IMG/VR virus record: IMGVR_UViG_3300042880_000288
Span: 32,001 to 96,000 of that record
Direction: 5' to 3' (one strand)
From: a virus
Length of the DNA: 64,000 nt
The notes under the pieces are model-generated. The model ran no database searches. It saw only the letters and a program-made list of their open reading frames with translations, and was not told where the DNA came from. Below, one piece after another: positions 20,201-29,565 of the stretch. Numbering within the stretch: the first letter of the stretch is position 1; every line of letters starts with the position of its first letter. Position numbers and translations under genes: made by a program.

Positions 20201-23028
20201 TTGATACAGGAAGTGGTTTGAGTAAAGAGAATCTAGTAAAACTCAAAACCTATGATGAAAGAAGTGCCAATGGTGAAACTCTTACTGATGATGAGATGTT
20301 GGAATATAACTCTCTTATTGCAACTAAGAATAACATTGGTATGCCTCCACTAATACTGAAAGAGTATAAAAAAATACTCAGAGAAATTCAGGGTCTTACA
20401 AGTAAAGTTCCTACTGAATATTACATGGCTGCATTTTATGAAGCACTTGGTGATACTGAAGTATCTGAAAGTATAAATACAGAAAATGCTGATACATGGG
20501 TTAACTCTGCAGATTTGTATGATGCAATGTCAAAAAATGATAAGTTTAGAGAATGGTTCCTTAGAAATCATTACCAAAAAGTAGGTTATAATCCTACTAC
20601 TAAAGCTTGGGAAATGATGTATTATAGAACTAAAGCTTGGACAGATGTAATACCGTCTGATATAAAACATTATAAGACTACTGTTCTTAAAGATGCTGCC
20701 ACAGGAGAACCTATTGTTATAAGAGGAGTTCCTGCAGGTAGATATTATAATCAAAGAATTAAAAAAGAATGGAGAACTGGTTATGATGCATCAACTGGTA
20801 ATATTAATTTAAAAGTTGGTGTTGAAATAGATAATAAAGGTAACTTCTTACCTAGAGCAGATGCAACTGATAAAAAATATATTAATCCTGAGTATGAAGC
20901 TTTAGATAAAAATGGTGCCGAGTTTAAACTACTTGATGCAATTAAGAAAGAATATTTAAAAGTACAAGAAGGTAAGCCGGCAAGTTCTAAATTGTATTTA
21001 GATTTAGCTAGATTTAGACAGTGGACAAATGTTGAACTTGTACAATCTGGTAAAGCAAAAGATGATTTAGGAAGTAAACTATCTGGTATAGGTGATTTTA
21101 TGAAATCATTTGTTACTAAGTCTGCAGATGATCCAGAAACACAACCTGGATTTAATGTTGATTCAGAAGCCATGTTAATTGAAACAGATTTACAAGGTCA
21201 ACCAATTACTAAAATACCTGTGAGAGGTTTATATAGATTGAAAAAAGAATCTGTATCTCAAGATGTATTGAGAGCATTCTATACTTACTTGCATTCACTT
21301 AATGAGCACGATGCATTGATAAAAGAAGAACCACTTGCTAAAGCTATTAGTGATGTAATGAATGATCCAAGTAATGCAATTAAAAAAACAAATACATTTA
21401 GTAAGAATATCCATAAGAGTACAGGTAAGTTAGCTTTATTAAATGCTAATACAAATAGAAGAGCTCAAGCAATGGATTATTTTATTGATAAAACTTTCTA
21501 TGGTCAGGCTTATTCAGGATTTGAACAAGAAAACCCTATTCTTACAAAAGCTGCAAACTTCTTAATGAAGAATGCAAGTAGATCCTTTATTGCAATGGAT
21601 ATGGTTTCTGCTATGAAAAACAGGTTTGGTGCTGTTATACAAAACAGTATTGAAGCTGCTGCAGCTACCTATTATAACCCTATGGCATTTGCTAAAGGTA
21701 GAGCTTGGTCTGCTACTGCTATGATTGAAATGCAAAAAGATATCTATGCAAAGGGCCCTAAAGGATTGAAGATGCAATTAATTGAAAACTTTAGTCCTAT
21801 TCCTGATAAAACTAAACAAGACTTTGGTAAATCAAGTTCTAGAACTTTTATTAAAGATTTCTTTGATGGTTCATGGATGTATGACCCAAGAAGATTCTTG
21901 GATGTTGAAGCATCTCTGCAGATATTTGGTGGTATGATGTACTTCCAAAAGGTAGAACAAAAACAACCAGATGGTTCTCCAAAACAAATAGATTACATTG
22001 ATGCATTTGAGTTAGATGCAGATAGAAAATTAAAACTTAAAGATGGGATAGATCCTGAATGGTCTCCTAATCCTATTGAACATACTTTTGCTGAAGGTGA
22101 AACATTTGAATCTTTAGCTAAAAAGTATAACATGACTGTAGAAGAACTGCAAGCTAAAAATAAAGTAAAAACTCTTGATGGTTTTCAACCGGGAGATACT
22201 ATAATTATTTCTAAAGCCTCTAAGTTCAACAACATGAAATTAAAAATTCAAGGTGTTGTTAAAAGAACTAATGGTGGTATGGAAGAATTAGATTCTCCAC
22301 AAGCAGATCAGTTTTTATTGTTTAGATTATTTACTTTCTATAAGAAGTATGCAACTCAAATGTTCTTGAATAGATTTCAAGCTGATATGTCTAAAGGTAA
22401 TAGATGGGGTCATGTATATAATTGGGATTTAGGAACTACTACCCGTGGATACTATGTAACAGGGGTTATAGGTGCTATGAAATTCTTGAAAACAGGTATG
22501 GCTTATTTACCTATAATGACTGATGAAGAAAAAGCTGCATTTAGGAAGATAGCTACTGAAGGTGTCTTACTTATGATCATGGCTCTTGCAACTATGTTCT
22601 TATATGGATATGATGAAGGTGATGAGGATAGATTTGAAAAAATGAGACAGAGAGAAGAGGAGTTTGGAAAACTTGGTTGGTTATCAAACCATATGTTATA
22701 TCAACTTATAACAGTTCGTAGAGAGAATGCTGCCTTTGTTTCACCTCAAGAATGGTTACAGTATGGAAATGTTACATCTATAGCATTTGGACCTACTGTT
22801 AAACTTTACTTGAAAATATTAGCAGATTTGTACTACATAGCAACTGGTGATGAAAAAGCAGTTTATAAATCTGAAGTAGGACCTTACCCTTGGCAAATGA
22901 AAGATGAAGATGGTACCTTTGATTATAAACTATGGAATCATTTATTTAGTTTGTATGGTATTAAAGGTAAAAACTATGACCCTATTCAGGCAATTAAGAG
23001 TGATGAACAATTCCAAAATCTAAGATAA
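17224..23028 (+). CDS. Giant virion cargo/ejection protein 3 with N-terminal zincin-like motif and a LysM domain
   Basis: 1934 aa, mostly helical; MVHEFSHP (17788-17802); HTFAEGETFESLAKKYNMTVEELQAKNK...FQPGDTIII is LysM-like (about 22081-22215); one hydrophobic segment near the C-terminus. Confidence 0.75.
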   Translation: MAKNCRDTEKFKTAEASTKAWFKTNGLLDRFLRIPEGKLVKFREANAALSKKANNEMNIPGRLFTELEGGTRALPNIMMFHKIDAFKGKFYPGNNYLKPEYLPRETRPLYETVAIDEEAVSAERADKLFNALGQKYEAAFGIPYVMVSEYEANMILQNSNTPYNNQPGFFYGDKVYFVKGKATMNTMVHEFSHPLIKAIALNNPKLFNNLYETLLKSDTGQDIVNQLVAEGKLQPETSRFKEEALVRAMEKDAAEKLSNVVKSDSAFKEFINMLMYAIKKILAGMTKMVSPKKLTTTTTLSELTDMMLFEDFQMESIKFDNTDFADFASEYDALLGALQNSTAKQLQEAINRAYTESTFQLTQLRNAPWKLKEDLSRIGGEKVLRSIRDHLKRYQTVSADLSDISVDEILDAMESQQEEFRIRGIALINSINEAKIFSEKIEQILQEMQTNKRHLTAAGIAKVQYFSEYIQRQKEFLTDVEKILGRGRDNEFVKELRSTINIINDASDLIKELKTDVVTEIFVDNTEFMQEEMDRKISERIRQIAKADNLSEALTEELVKEITSLPNVKKYDIDLKKYPLNPKRAQVLANELKEYFFKRLNRDAIEKYLSGETEDLTFFQAWLNPYLSMDDPLGSFVRYMKTKLSEAENKSLSQANDIANTLVPLLDAVGYSPNNTGQLGKMLLQTDKTGYTDSNGEFVEFELYTFLDQFINWRRDKAELQHNFDKARESGDKEKIKSALQALWEFEEKYMHRKYKQEYYDLQNIWKQDNTVRNPITGLDVSVSASLSTEAFLERQSGLDKLNQYKHEAYTEMDDLYEFTESDAAKAEYEQLYQITNADGTNKTGDELLKTLVRRKYRYESKRFYEYSLNEERVQRDYDNYVQELAVRGITKDAKPEEWKAEMKKFIDKNFRIAYSEDYYRSKEDLFTRLTDITNKYKSPLADKMRDLYLERWRLTNAITDKNGTTNALQYTNAVLEKIKDLEEEIVKLQDQFDTGSGLSKENLVKLKTYDERSANGETLTDDEMLEYNSLIATKNNIGMPPLILKEYKKILREIQGLTSKVPTEYYMAAFYEALGDTEVSESINTENADTWVNSADLYDAMSKNDKFREWFLRNHYQKVGYNPTTKAWEMMYYRTKAWTDVIPSDIKHYKTTVLKDAATGEPIVIRGVPAGRYYNQRIKKEWRTGYDASTGNINLKVGVEIDNKGNFLPRADATDKKYINPEYEALDKNGAEFKLLDAIKKEYLKVQEGKPASSKLYLDLARFRQWTNVELVQSGKAKDDLGSKLSGIGDFMKSFVTKSADDPETQPGFNVDSEAMLIETDLQGQPITKIPVRGLYRLKKESVSQDVLRAFYTYLHSLNEHDALIKEEPLAKAISDVMNDPSNAIKKTNTFSKNIHKSTGKLALLNANTNRRAQAMDYFIDKTFYGQAYSGFEQENPILTKAANFLMKNASRSFIAMDMVSAMKNRFGAVIQNSIEAAAATYYNPMAFAKGRAWSATAMIEMQKDIYAKGPKGLKMQLIENFSPIPDKTKQDFGKSSSRTFIKDFFDGSWMYDPRRFLDVEASLQIFGGMMYFQKVEQKQPDGSPKQIDYIDAFELDADRKLKLKDGIDPEWSPNPIEHTFAEGETFESLAKKYNMTVEELQAKNKVKTLDGFQPGDTIIISKASKFNNMKLKIQGVVKRTNGGMEELDSPQADQFLLFRLFTFYKKYATQMFLNRFQADMSKGNRWGHVYNWDLGTTTRGYYVTGVIGAMKFLKTGMAYLPIMTDEEKAAFRKIATEGVLLMIMALATMFLYGYDEGDEDRFEKMRQREEEFGKLGWLSNHMLYQLITVRRENAAFVSPQEWLQYGNVTSIAFGPTVKLYLKILADLYYIATGDEKAVYKSEVGPYPWQMKDEDGTFDYKLWNHLFSLYGIKGKNYDPIQAIKSDEQFQNLR

Positions 23029-23029
23029 A

Positions 23030-23170
23030 ATGGCAAAAGCAACAACAGGAACAGTAAAAGCATACATTAAACCAAAAGTTTCCCGTCCAGGGGTGCATGC
23101 TAAAACCAAAACTTCTAAGTCAAAGAAGTCTAGGAACTACAAGAAGTCTTATAGGGCCCAAGGTAGGTAA
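23030..23170 (+). CDS. Small highly basic protein (46 aa), not in the ORF track
   Basis: MAKATTGTVKAYIKPKVSRPGVHAKTKTSKSKKSRNYKKSYRAQGR*; ATG 1 nt after the upstream stop; no acidic residues. Confidence 0.7.
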   Translation: MAKATTGTVKAYIKPKVSRPGVHAKTKTSKSKKSRNYKKSYRAQGR

Positions 23171-23171
23171 G

Positions 23172-23213
23172 AAAAAAAAGAAGGGAGAGAGCCTATTACA
23201 GCTCTCCCCCTTC
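23172..23213 (-). terminator. Intrinsic terminator at the convergence of the + and - gene blocks
   Basis: Minus strand GAAGGGGGAGAGC-TGTAATAG-GCTCTCTCCCTTC followed by a T run. Confidence 0.75.
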
Positions 23214-23465
23214 ATTGTTATAGAAGTCTAAGACTTCATATTGGTTTTTAAAGTTTATCACTTTAAAATTCTTTTCTTCAAAATCATATCTAACTACAGA
23301 TAATGTTTTCAATGCTTTATGAAAAGAACATGCTTTACATACAATACATTTACCTTTTGCACTTTTAATCTGATATTTTCTTGTATTATCCTTGAATTTC
23401 TCTAATGGTTTATCAATACCACAGTGAAAACATTTAAGAGTCTCCATCATCTTCACAACAGTCAC
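23196..23465 (-). CDS. Hypothetical Zn-finger protein
   Basis: CFHCGIDKPLEKF...CIVCKAC resembles the Zn ribbon often found N-terminal to phage HNH nucleases. Confidence 0.55.
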   Translation of the reverse strand: MTVVKMMETLKCFHCGIDKPLEKFKDNTRKYQIKSAKGKCIVCKACSFHKALKTLSVVRYDFEEKNFKVINFKNQYEVLDFYNNEGGEL

Positions 23466-23616
23466 ATTTCTCCTCAGTGTCTAAGACACCATACTCATTA
23501 TCATACCAGTCTCTGGCATCTTTTTTATTTGGCTCATCTATATCTCCACTTGCCATAGCTTCAGCTCCTGCCATGTAAGCTTCAATCATCTTTTTTCTAA
23601 ATGTTACTGGATGCAT
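23434..23616 (-). CDS. Hypothetical protein (start moved to MHPVT to minimise overlap)
   Basis: 3' part of track ORF 23434..23715; the upstream extension overlaps the MazG-like gene by 119 bp. Confidence 0.5.
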   Translation of the reverse strand: MHPVTFRKKMIEAYMAGAEAMASGDIDEPNKKDARDWYDNEYGVLDTEEKCDCCEDDGDS

Positions 23617-24004
23617 CTGTGTCAACTTTAATAAACTTACTGATATCTGGACGGTAATATCCAGGGCCCTTAAGAATCTTTCCATCTTCTCTGAGAACAG
23701 GTTTTCCATCTTCACCTAATTTACTCATGTTACTAGACTGTATTTCATTAAATACATCTTCTATAATGTGTTGCATACCATGTTTAAGAATTGTACCACA
23801 TAGAATATATAATTGATCACCAAGAGCATCTGCAATTTCTACTAGAGATTTGTTATAACATGCTTCAAGATATTCATCATTTTCTTCTTTCATAAGAGTA
23901 TGTCTTAAATCATACTCTGCATTAGATAATAATTGTGGCCACTTACCATCTTTTTGACCAAATGCTTTGTGGAACTCTGCCACTGCTTTTAATTGTTTTT
24001 CCAT
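23597..24004 (-). CDS. MazG-like NTP pyrophosphohydrolase (PRA-PH/DR2231-like)
   Basis: VAEFHKAFG, MKEENDEY, EIADALGDQLY, SNMSKLGEDGKPVLREDGKILKG; start moved to MEKQ. Confidence 0.85.
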   Translation of the reverse strand: MEKQLKAVAEFHKAFGQKDGKWPQLLSNAEYDLRHTLMKEENDEYLEACYNKSLVEIADALGDQLYILCGTILKHGMQHIIEDVFNEIQSSNMSKLGEDGKPVLREDGKILKGPGYYRPDISKFIKVDTDASSNI

Positions 24005-24015
24005 ATTGTAAAGAT

Positions 24016-24047
24016 AAAAAAAAGGGAACACATTTCTGCATTCCCTT
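24016..24047 (-). terminator. Intrinsic terminator
   Basis: AAGGGAATGCA-GAAA-TGTGTTCCCTT followed by a T run on the minus strand. Confidence 0.65.
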
Positions 24048-24084
24048 AATTAGTATTAACCCTTGGTGTTATAAGCCAAGGCTC

Positions 24085-25380
24085 CTAGAAATCAAAATCA
24101 AAAGACTGTTTATCTTTTTCTTCTGTTTCAGTTTCATTAAAATCTAAATCAAAACTAAAATCATCATCAACTGAAGTGTTTAATGGTTCTTCAACAACTA
24201 CTACAGACATCTTTGTAGTTTCATTAAGTTCAACTGTATCAACTACAAAATCAATTTGGGGAAAAATGTCCTCTGTTTTTTCAGGACTAACTTCCTCTTC
24301 ATTTTTACTAGCTAAATAATCTTCTATAGTTGCAACAGGCTCCGGTTTTTCTATTGGAACTAGTAATGAATCTAACACAGCATCATCATCCTCATCAATA
24401 TCAAATGGAACTTCTATGTCTTCAACAACATCTGCAACTACTTCTTCAGACTGGTGCAAATCTATATCAAAATCAGACCCATTTGTACCACTTTCTTCTT
24501 CTGCTTTAGCATATCTAATGTCTTCATCTATTTGATCTGCTTCTAAATCTGCCTCAGCTTCTGCTTGAGCAATAGCATCAAGTAAATTAATCTGATTAGG
24601 ATCTACATCTTCTTGAGGTGGTGTACTTAAAACAGGAACTGGTGTACTTATTTGTTGAACTGGTGCACTAAAATCACAAATAGTTCCTATAAAGTAATGT
24701 AGGATTCTTTGATCTTCCATCCAAGTTTTAGGATGTGATGACTGAAGTGCATGAGTTATAAAATTATAGAATGCCCACAAACTATCTGTATTAGCAAATA
24801 CATGTATTGGTTTCTTCATTTGATCTCTTACCAGACTAGCTTGTTCAGTAGTAAGAATTTCATATTCAGCAAACAATACTCCTAATAGCTGAGACTGTTT
24901 TCTTTTATTCAATGTTACAACTTCCATAGCAGCTTTATCAGAAACAAGTTGATTATAATACATATGTGCATTAGCCACATAATCATCAATAGTAGCTTTT
25001 ACTTCTGCATCTGCAGTACCTGTATGTTTTCTAACCCAACTACCAACTTCACCAGAAATCATAGTAGAACCAGTTTTTAAACTATAAGCACCAACTACAC
25101 ATTTAAACTTTACTTGTTTATTATAACTGTTTGTCCATGCAAACATCATAGTTAATTCAGGATCTGAATTATAATTTAATCTATAAATTCCTTGAGCAAT
25201 TTGCCCATCAGCAGTACATCTGTACTCCTCATCTACAATACCAAACCCTGCATTAGCAAGGGCTGTATAGGCATAATCAATAACAAATTGGTGACTTATA
25301 ACAGTATAAGTAGCACCATGATTAGGTAATGGAACACTAACTAAGTGTCCCTTTGTACAATTTGAAATTTTCTTTGGCAT
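24085..25380 (-). CDS. DUF932-like protein with long acidic C-terminal tail
   Basis: TYTVISH, AWTNSYNKQ, VRKHTG pattern typical of DUF932; the last ~190 aa are D/E-rich. Confidence 0.65.
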   Translation of the reverse strand: MPKKISNCTKGHLVSVPLPNHGATYTVISHQFVIDYAYTALANAGFGIVDEEYRCTADGQIAQGIYRLNYNSDPELTMMFAWTNSYNKQVKFKCVVGAYSLKTGSTMISGEVGSWVRKHTGTADAEVKATIDDYVANAHMYYNQLVSDKAAMEVVTLNKRKQSQLLGVLFAEYEILTTEQASLVRDQMKKPIHVFANTDSLWAFYNFITHALQSSHPKTWMEDQRILHYFIGTICDFSAPVQQISTPVPVLSTPPQEDVDPNQINLLDAIAQAEAEADLEADQIDEDIRYAKAEEESGTNGSDFDIDLHQSEEVVADVVEDIEVPFDIDEDDDAVLDSLLVPIEKPEPVATIEDYLASKNEEEVSPEKTEDIFPQIDFVVDTVELNETTKMSVVVVEEPLNTSVDDDFSFDLDFNETETEEKDKQSFDFDF

Positions 25381-25381
25381 T

Positions 25382-27283
25382 TTAAAATAAACTTAATTGA
25401 TTTATAATAGGTTGTAAGCTTTGTATTTCTTTTCTTACTTTTTCAATATAAAAATCATAATTGATTTCATATTCATCTATAGGAAGTTTTACATGTGCAT
25501 TTAGCACCTGTTGCATCCATTTTCCGGCTTCAACCTGAATTTCTCTATTATCAGAATTATTCTTCTTAATAATTTTAGAACCAGACTTACATATATAATA
25601 TCTTATAGTATGCTGCAGTTCTTTTACTGTATACTCTCCATCTTTTACAAAATGTTGGAAAAACTTCCAGTCTCCTCTAATCTTGACACCACCACAAAAA
25701 TCAAATATATCAGTGCAATTCCTAATATATGTTTCAGGTTCAACCCCTTCTACAAAATATGCATGTAATGCTTTAGGTACAACTAAAAAACTTTTGTTTT
25801 TATGAAGTGCAAGGTCTGCAAACTCAAATCTACCTTTACACTTAGACTTACCATCTTCAGTGATAGCTATATAGTTATTGACATCACCAAGTATTAATTT
25901 AGTATACTTATCATGTTCTAACTGTAGATTAGTCATTTCTTCCCACCTCTTGCAGATTTCCATATATTTAGCTTCATACTTTCTAGGTATCATAGTCTCA
26001 AGACCATCTGTATTCTGCATTAAAGGAACAGCATCTGGAATTTCTTCACAAATCATTTCATACAACATTGTAAGACTTAGCTGACCATTAATTGTAATCC
26101 TCATGGTAAACTGTGGATCATATAGAAAACTATTCTCATCATTGCTGAGTCCATAAGTTGAATTAAGAATAATCTTATATACATAATTCTTGGGATCTTT
26201 CTTTGGGATCTTTTTTCTTTCTTCAAAAAACCATTCATACAGTTCACAAAATTCTTGTTTAGGTAAATGTGCAGGAGCCCATTTATTTCTAATAGCTAGA
26301 TTAGGATAAAAACTTACAACATCTGAAGTCATAATTATCATGTCTTCATTAGATTCATAAACTTTAGTTTCTCTAGCACCATGGACACCACCAAGACCAA
26401 AATCTGTTTTTACTCCTTTGTAGTTTACAGAATACTTAAAGCCTCCTTTTGTTTCATTAGGAAATATTACTGCCTCTTTAAATTTTTCTAATAACTTTTG
26501 AAATGGAGCTGTAGTAAATTGAATATAAGGTAGAATTATATGTTTGACTTCAATCTTATCCCGCAAAGTTCTAAGTTTTCTAAGTTGTGCTTTTTTAATC
26601 CCAGTCTTTTTACTGAGAAAATACATAAAAAGTTCTTTAGATATCCTTGGTTCTGATGCAGAATATAAGTCAATTTCATATTCATTAGTAAGATCTCTTC
26701 TCAAATCAATTTGGCTTTTACTTAATTGCATAATAGCTTTAGTTGACTTGACATCATTTATACAATACTTTAAAATATTGTTTATTTGTCCCTCATTTTC
26801 AATCTCAGTAGTATGATGTATTGGCATGTCCACTATATTCTTCCAATCCATACTAAACTGAATCCACTTTAGTGAACTTCTTTTAGCTGGATTATCCCAG
26901 TGGTTAAGTTTAAATACATCTAACTGCTTAATTGTCAAATCTCTAGGTCCAAATTCAGGAAAATTTCCTTGGTTCTGATTAGAGATTGTTTGTTGTGCTA
27001 TTTGATATAGCTTTCTAGCAACTTCATCACCACTCATTATTTTGAGTTGGTCTGCATTTCTAATAACATATTCAGTTATTTGACTGTCAAAAGCCAAACC
27101 ATTAAAACTAACATGCCATTCTCCATGTGTTGCATTTCTATACAGGAAGTTAGCAAAATCTTCAGTATCATTTCTACTTTTATGAATGATAAAAATTTCT
27201 TGATGTTCAGATTTTACATCTTCAAAGACTCCCATGAAACAATTACTAAGAGTTTCATAGTCCATTACCCAATGTGTTCTCAT
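25382..27283 (-). CDS. polB: Family B DNA polymerase
   Basis: Exo I MDYET; motif A SDVVSFYPN; motif B YKIILNSTYG; motif C variant NTDG; KCKGRF. Confidence 0.9.
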   Translation of the reverse strand: MRTHWVMDYETLSNCFMGVFEDVKSEHQEIFIIHKSRNDTEDFANFLYRNATHGEWHVSFNGLAFDSQITEYVIRNADQLKIMSGDEVARKLYQIAQQTISNQNQGNFPEFGPRDLTIKQLDVFKLNHWDNPAKRSSLKWIQFSMDWKNIVDMPIHHTTEIENEGQINNILKYCINDVKSTKAIMQLSKSQIDLRRDLTNEYEIDLYSASEPRISKELFMYFLSKKTGIKKAQLRKLRTLRDKIEVKHIILPYIQFTTAPFQKLLEKFKEAVIFPNETKGGFKYSVNYKGVKTDFGLGGVHGARETKVYESNEDMIIMTSDVVSFYPNLAIRNKWAPAHLPKQEFCELYEWFFEERKKIPKKDPKNYVYKIILNSTYGLSNDENSFLYDPQFTMRITINGQLSLTMLYEMICEEIPDAVPLMQNTDGLETMIPRKYEAKYMEICKRWEEMTNLQLEHDKYTKLILGDVNNYIAITEDGKSKCKGRFEFADLALHKNKSFLVVPKALHAYFVEGVEPETYIRNCTDIFDFCGGVKIRGDWKFFQHFVKDGEYTVKELQHTIRYYICKSGSKIIKKNNSDNREIQVEAGKWMQQVLNAHVKLPIDEYEINYDFYIEKVRKEIQSLQPIINQLSLF

Positions 27284-27510
27284 ATTACTTTTTTAAATAA
27301 ACCATTAGCAATTGGATCAAGTAGTTTATTTGTGGATAGTTCTACTTTTGTTATTTTAGGCATTTTTGGTTCACACTTGCTGCAATGACTAATCATTTCA
27401 TGATGAGTAGATCCACAACACTGACATGCAATTGGAAAATGAAAATAAGTCCTAGTTAAATTATTATTTAACTTACATATGTCACAACGACCATATTCTC
27501 TATCACCCAT
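27280..27510 (-). CDS. Small Cys-rich Zn-binding hypothetical protein
   Basis: CDIC, CQCC, HCSKC; overlaps the polB start by 4 bp. Confidence 0.6.
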   Translation of the reverse strand: MGDREYGRCDICKLNNNLTRTYFHFPIACQCCGSTHHEMISHCSKCEPKMPKITKVELSTNKLLDPIANGLFKKVI

Positions 27511-27552
27511 AAGACTTGTGTTCAGTTAAGCTGTTCCCCCATTTAAGTAAAT

Positions 27553-27585
27553 AAAAAAAGAGGGTGTTTGGTACCCACCCTCTTT
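27553..27585 (-). terminator. Intrinsic terminator
   Basis: AAAGAGGGTG/CACCCTCTTT stem followed by a T run. Confidence 0.7.
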
Positions 27586-27603
27586 CTGGTTTTTTGGTAT
27601 TGT

Positions 27604-27951
27604 TTAAGCTTGCTCAGCCATAAACTTCTTATAATCAAACTTTGCATTAACTGCAAACATTTTGATTAATTCTTCCATAGCCTCAGTATCTTCAATATAA
27701 AATTCTTGAAACACTTCTACTTTGTGTCTCTCCTGTTTCATACCTTTTGTACCAGCTATTGCCTGTCCATACTCATCTAGTTTGGGCAGCATATGCAATG
27801 TAGTTTTTTTAATCTTAGAGATTATTACAAATACTTTTGTTCCTGGATCAAAAATACATTCCACATATGGGCATGTATCATTAATAGGAATCATTCTAAA
27901 AGTTTGTTTTTCTTGCCAAGTTGCTTGGACAAGCATCATTGATTGTGTCAT
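27604..27951 (-). CDS. Hypothetical protein
   Basis: 115-aa ORF collinear with its neighbours. Confidence 0.65.
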   Translation of the reverse strand: MTQSMMLVQATWQEKQTFRMIPINDTCPYVECIFDPGTKVFVIISKIKKTTLHMLPKLDEYGQAIAGTKGMKQERHKVEVFQEFYIEDTEAMEELIKMFAVNAKFDYKKFMAEQA

Positions 27952-27977
27952 TTGTTGGTTTTTTAATTAAATACAAA

Positions 27978-28544
27978 TTAATCTATAATTTCTAAATTCT
28001 GCAAGTCTGCAACTGAAATTTGTAGATTTTCTTTTTCTAAATCAGGCTTGTCACATAACTCACCCACACTACTTAACAAACTTACAGGAACATCTAATAG
28101 TTCTGCATATCTGTCATACCATTTTTCTGGAAATAAATAACTATATACATAGACATAGTTACCTCCATGTTTGTCAAAATAATCAAGAATTTTGCGCTTT
28201 AAATTCATATTAAGTTTACTGTAATTACCACTAACTATATTATCCCAGTCAATCCCCATATCAGAGAAATCAAATGTAAATACACTAGTGTTATCATCAG
28301 CCTTCACATAATCACATAACCTAGTATGTGTTAATAAAACATCTTTTTCAAATTTTAAATATTCAATGTCTTTTCTATTCTCATACACACATATAAACTT
28401 CATATCCTCGGTGCTGTAGTTTTTTCCCCAAGACAAATAAGTCTCTGTTGGAATAGCAGGTGCCCCTCTTTTTATGCCCAAGAGCGGATATATAAATATC
28501 TTGGACTTTTGAAAATATTTGCCATAAAGCGCATTAATAACCAT
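27978..28544 (-). CDS. Hypothetical protein
   Basis: 188-aa ORF in the replication operon. Confidence 0.7.
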   Translation of the reverse strand: MVINALYGKYFQKSKIFIYPLLGIKRGAPAIPTETYLSWGKNYSTEDMKFICVYENRKDIEYLKFEKDVLLTHTRLCDYVKADDNTSVFTFDFSDMGIDWDNIVSGNYSKLNMNLKRKILDYFDKHGGNYVYVYSYLFPEKWYDRYAELLDVPVSLLSSVGELCDKPDLEKENLQISVADLQNLEIID

Positions 28545-28548
28545 AAAC

Positions 28549-29565
28549 TTACAATTTAATATTACCTACTGCTAAGTCATATGGTAGGTCATATCTTTTC
28601 TGTATATAATGCCATTTGGCAATTTCTAATACAGATTTAAAATCACTTTTCCATTGACTCATTGTTTCTACAGAGACTTGGAAAGGATAAACTAAATTGT
28701 ATTTGTCAATTACAATAAAAGTTACTTGAACCTGCCAGTCTCTGGCATCCGGTTTATCTTTCAAGAATTTATCTGAAGCTAGAATAGTATAGATAACTCC
28801 TTGTATCCAATACTTGTAATATTCTACAGCATCAGGAAAATCTTGAATAGACTTACCTGTTGTTTTGAGGTCATTGATAAAAATTATCTTTGCCTCTTTA
28901 TCAACAACAACATTGTCAAGTACTCCGTGTAAACCAAAGGGTAATTTTTCATGGTCAACCTTAATATGCAACTCATTATAGGTCTCAATGTGAGTGTCTT
29001 CCTCAGTTATATCTAGTGCTAATAGTGTTCTCACATCACTATTACTCTTTAGTATTTCAACCTGTGCTTTGCAGCCATCCAAAGTAGGTTCATCAACTAT
29101 TGATTTGTCTAGACTATTTTTAAGGAATTCAAAATACTCTTTGTGTTCATCAGTAAGTATCTTGTCAAGTCTTTGCTGATCAGTTTTAAGATTCTGATAA
29201 AGGTTTGCTGTAAGTAGTTGTGTGAGTATATCTTGTGGGTAGTCCTCCAAAATTAAGGAATTATTTTCATATCCAAGATGTATCCTAAAAATATTATCAA
29301 TAATTTTTCTAGGATTGTCACTAGGTAGTTTTCCCGGTAGGGATATAAATTTATCATTATATTTCTCTTTCTCAAATAAAAGGCAGTGAAGGACACTACC
29401 ACCTACAAGGTGAGCATCCTTACTGTCTTCCCTCTGGTTGAGCACATAATGATTGTAGAATAAAGCAGGTGAAAAAAGTAACTTATTCAACCCACTATAA
29501 CTAAAATAAAACTTTTGTTTGTAAAATCTCTCTAGTTCATCAGAACCATTCAAAGTCTGTATCAT
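28549..29565 (-). CDS. PD-(D/E)XK exonuclease (RecE/DUF3799-like)
   Basis: FSYSGL, GSVLHCLL, GVLDNV...INDLKTT, YWIQGVIY. Confidence 0.8.
   Translation of the reverse strand: MIQTLNGSDELERFYKQKFYFSYSGLNKLLFSPALFYNHYVLNQREDSKDAHLVGGSVLHCLLFEKEKYNDKFISLPGKLPSDNPRKIIDNIFRIHLGYENNSLILEDYPQDILTQLLTANLYQNLKTDQQRLDKILTDEHKEYFEFLKNSLDKSIVDEPTLDGCKAQVEILKSNSDVRTLLALDITEEDTHIETYNELHIKVDHEKLPFGLHGVLDNVVVDKEAKIIFINDLKTTGKSIQDFPDAVEYYKYWIQGVIYTILASDKFLKDKPDARDWQVQVTFIVIDKYNLVYPFQVSVETMSQWKSDFKSVLEIAKWHYIQKRYDLPYDLAVGNIKL

Noticed and set aside
1314-21777. Short minus-strand ORFs inside the three giant genes (e.g. 2563..3027, 3294..3632, 18633..18941, 20781..21173)
   Set aside because: Antisense shadows of long, motif-bearing plus-strand ORFs; S/L/F-rich with no motifs
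2995-27283. Inteins or self-splicing introns in RNAP or PolB, and stop-codon reassignment (both known in some crAss-like phages)
   Set aside because: ORFs are continuous in code 11, no intein N/C-terminal signatures were seen (the RNAP has no internal Cys), and TAA, TAG and TGA all act as stops
25382-27283. PolB motif C reading NTDG instead of DTDS as a sign of inactivation
   Set aside because: The second, catalytic Asp is retained and all other motifs are intact; NTDG is a plausible natural variant
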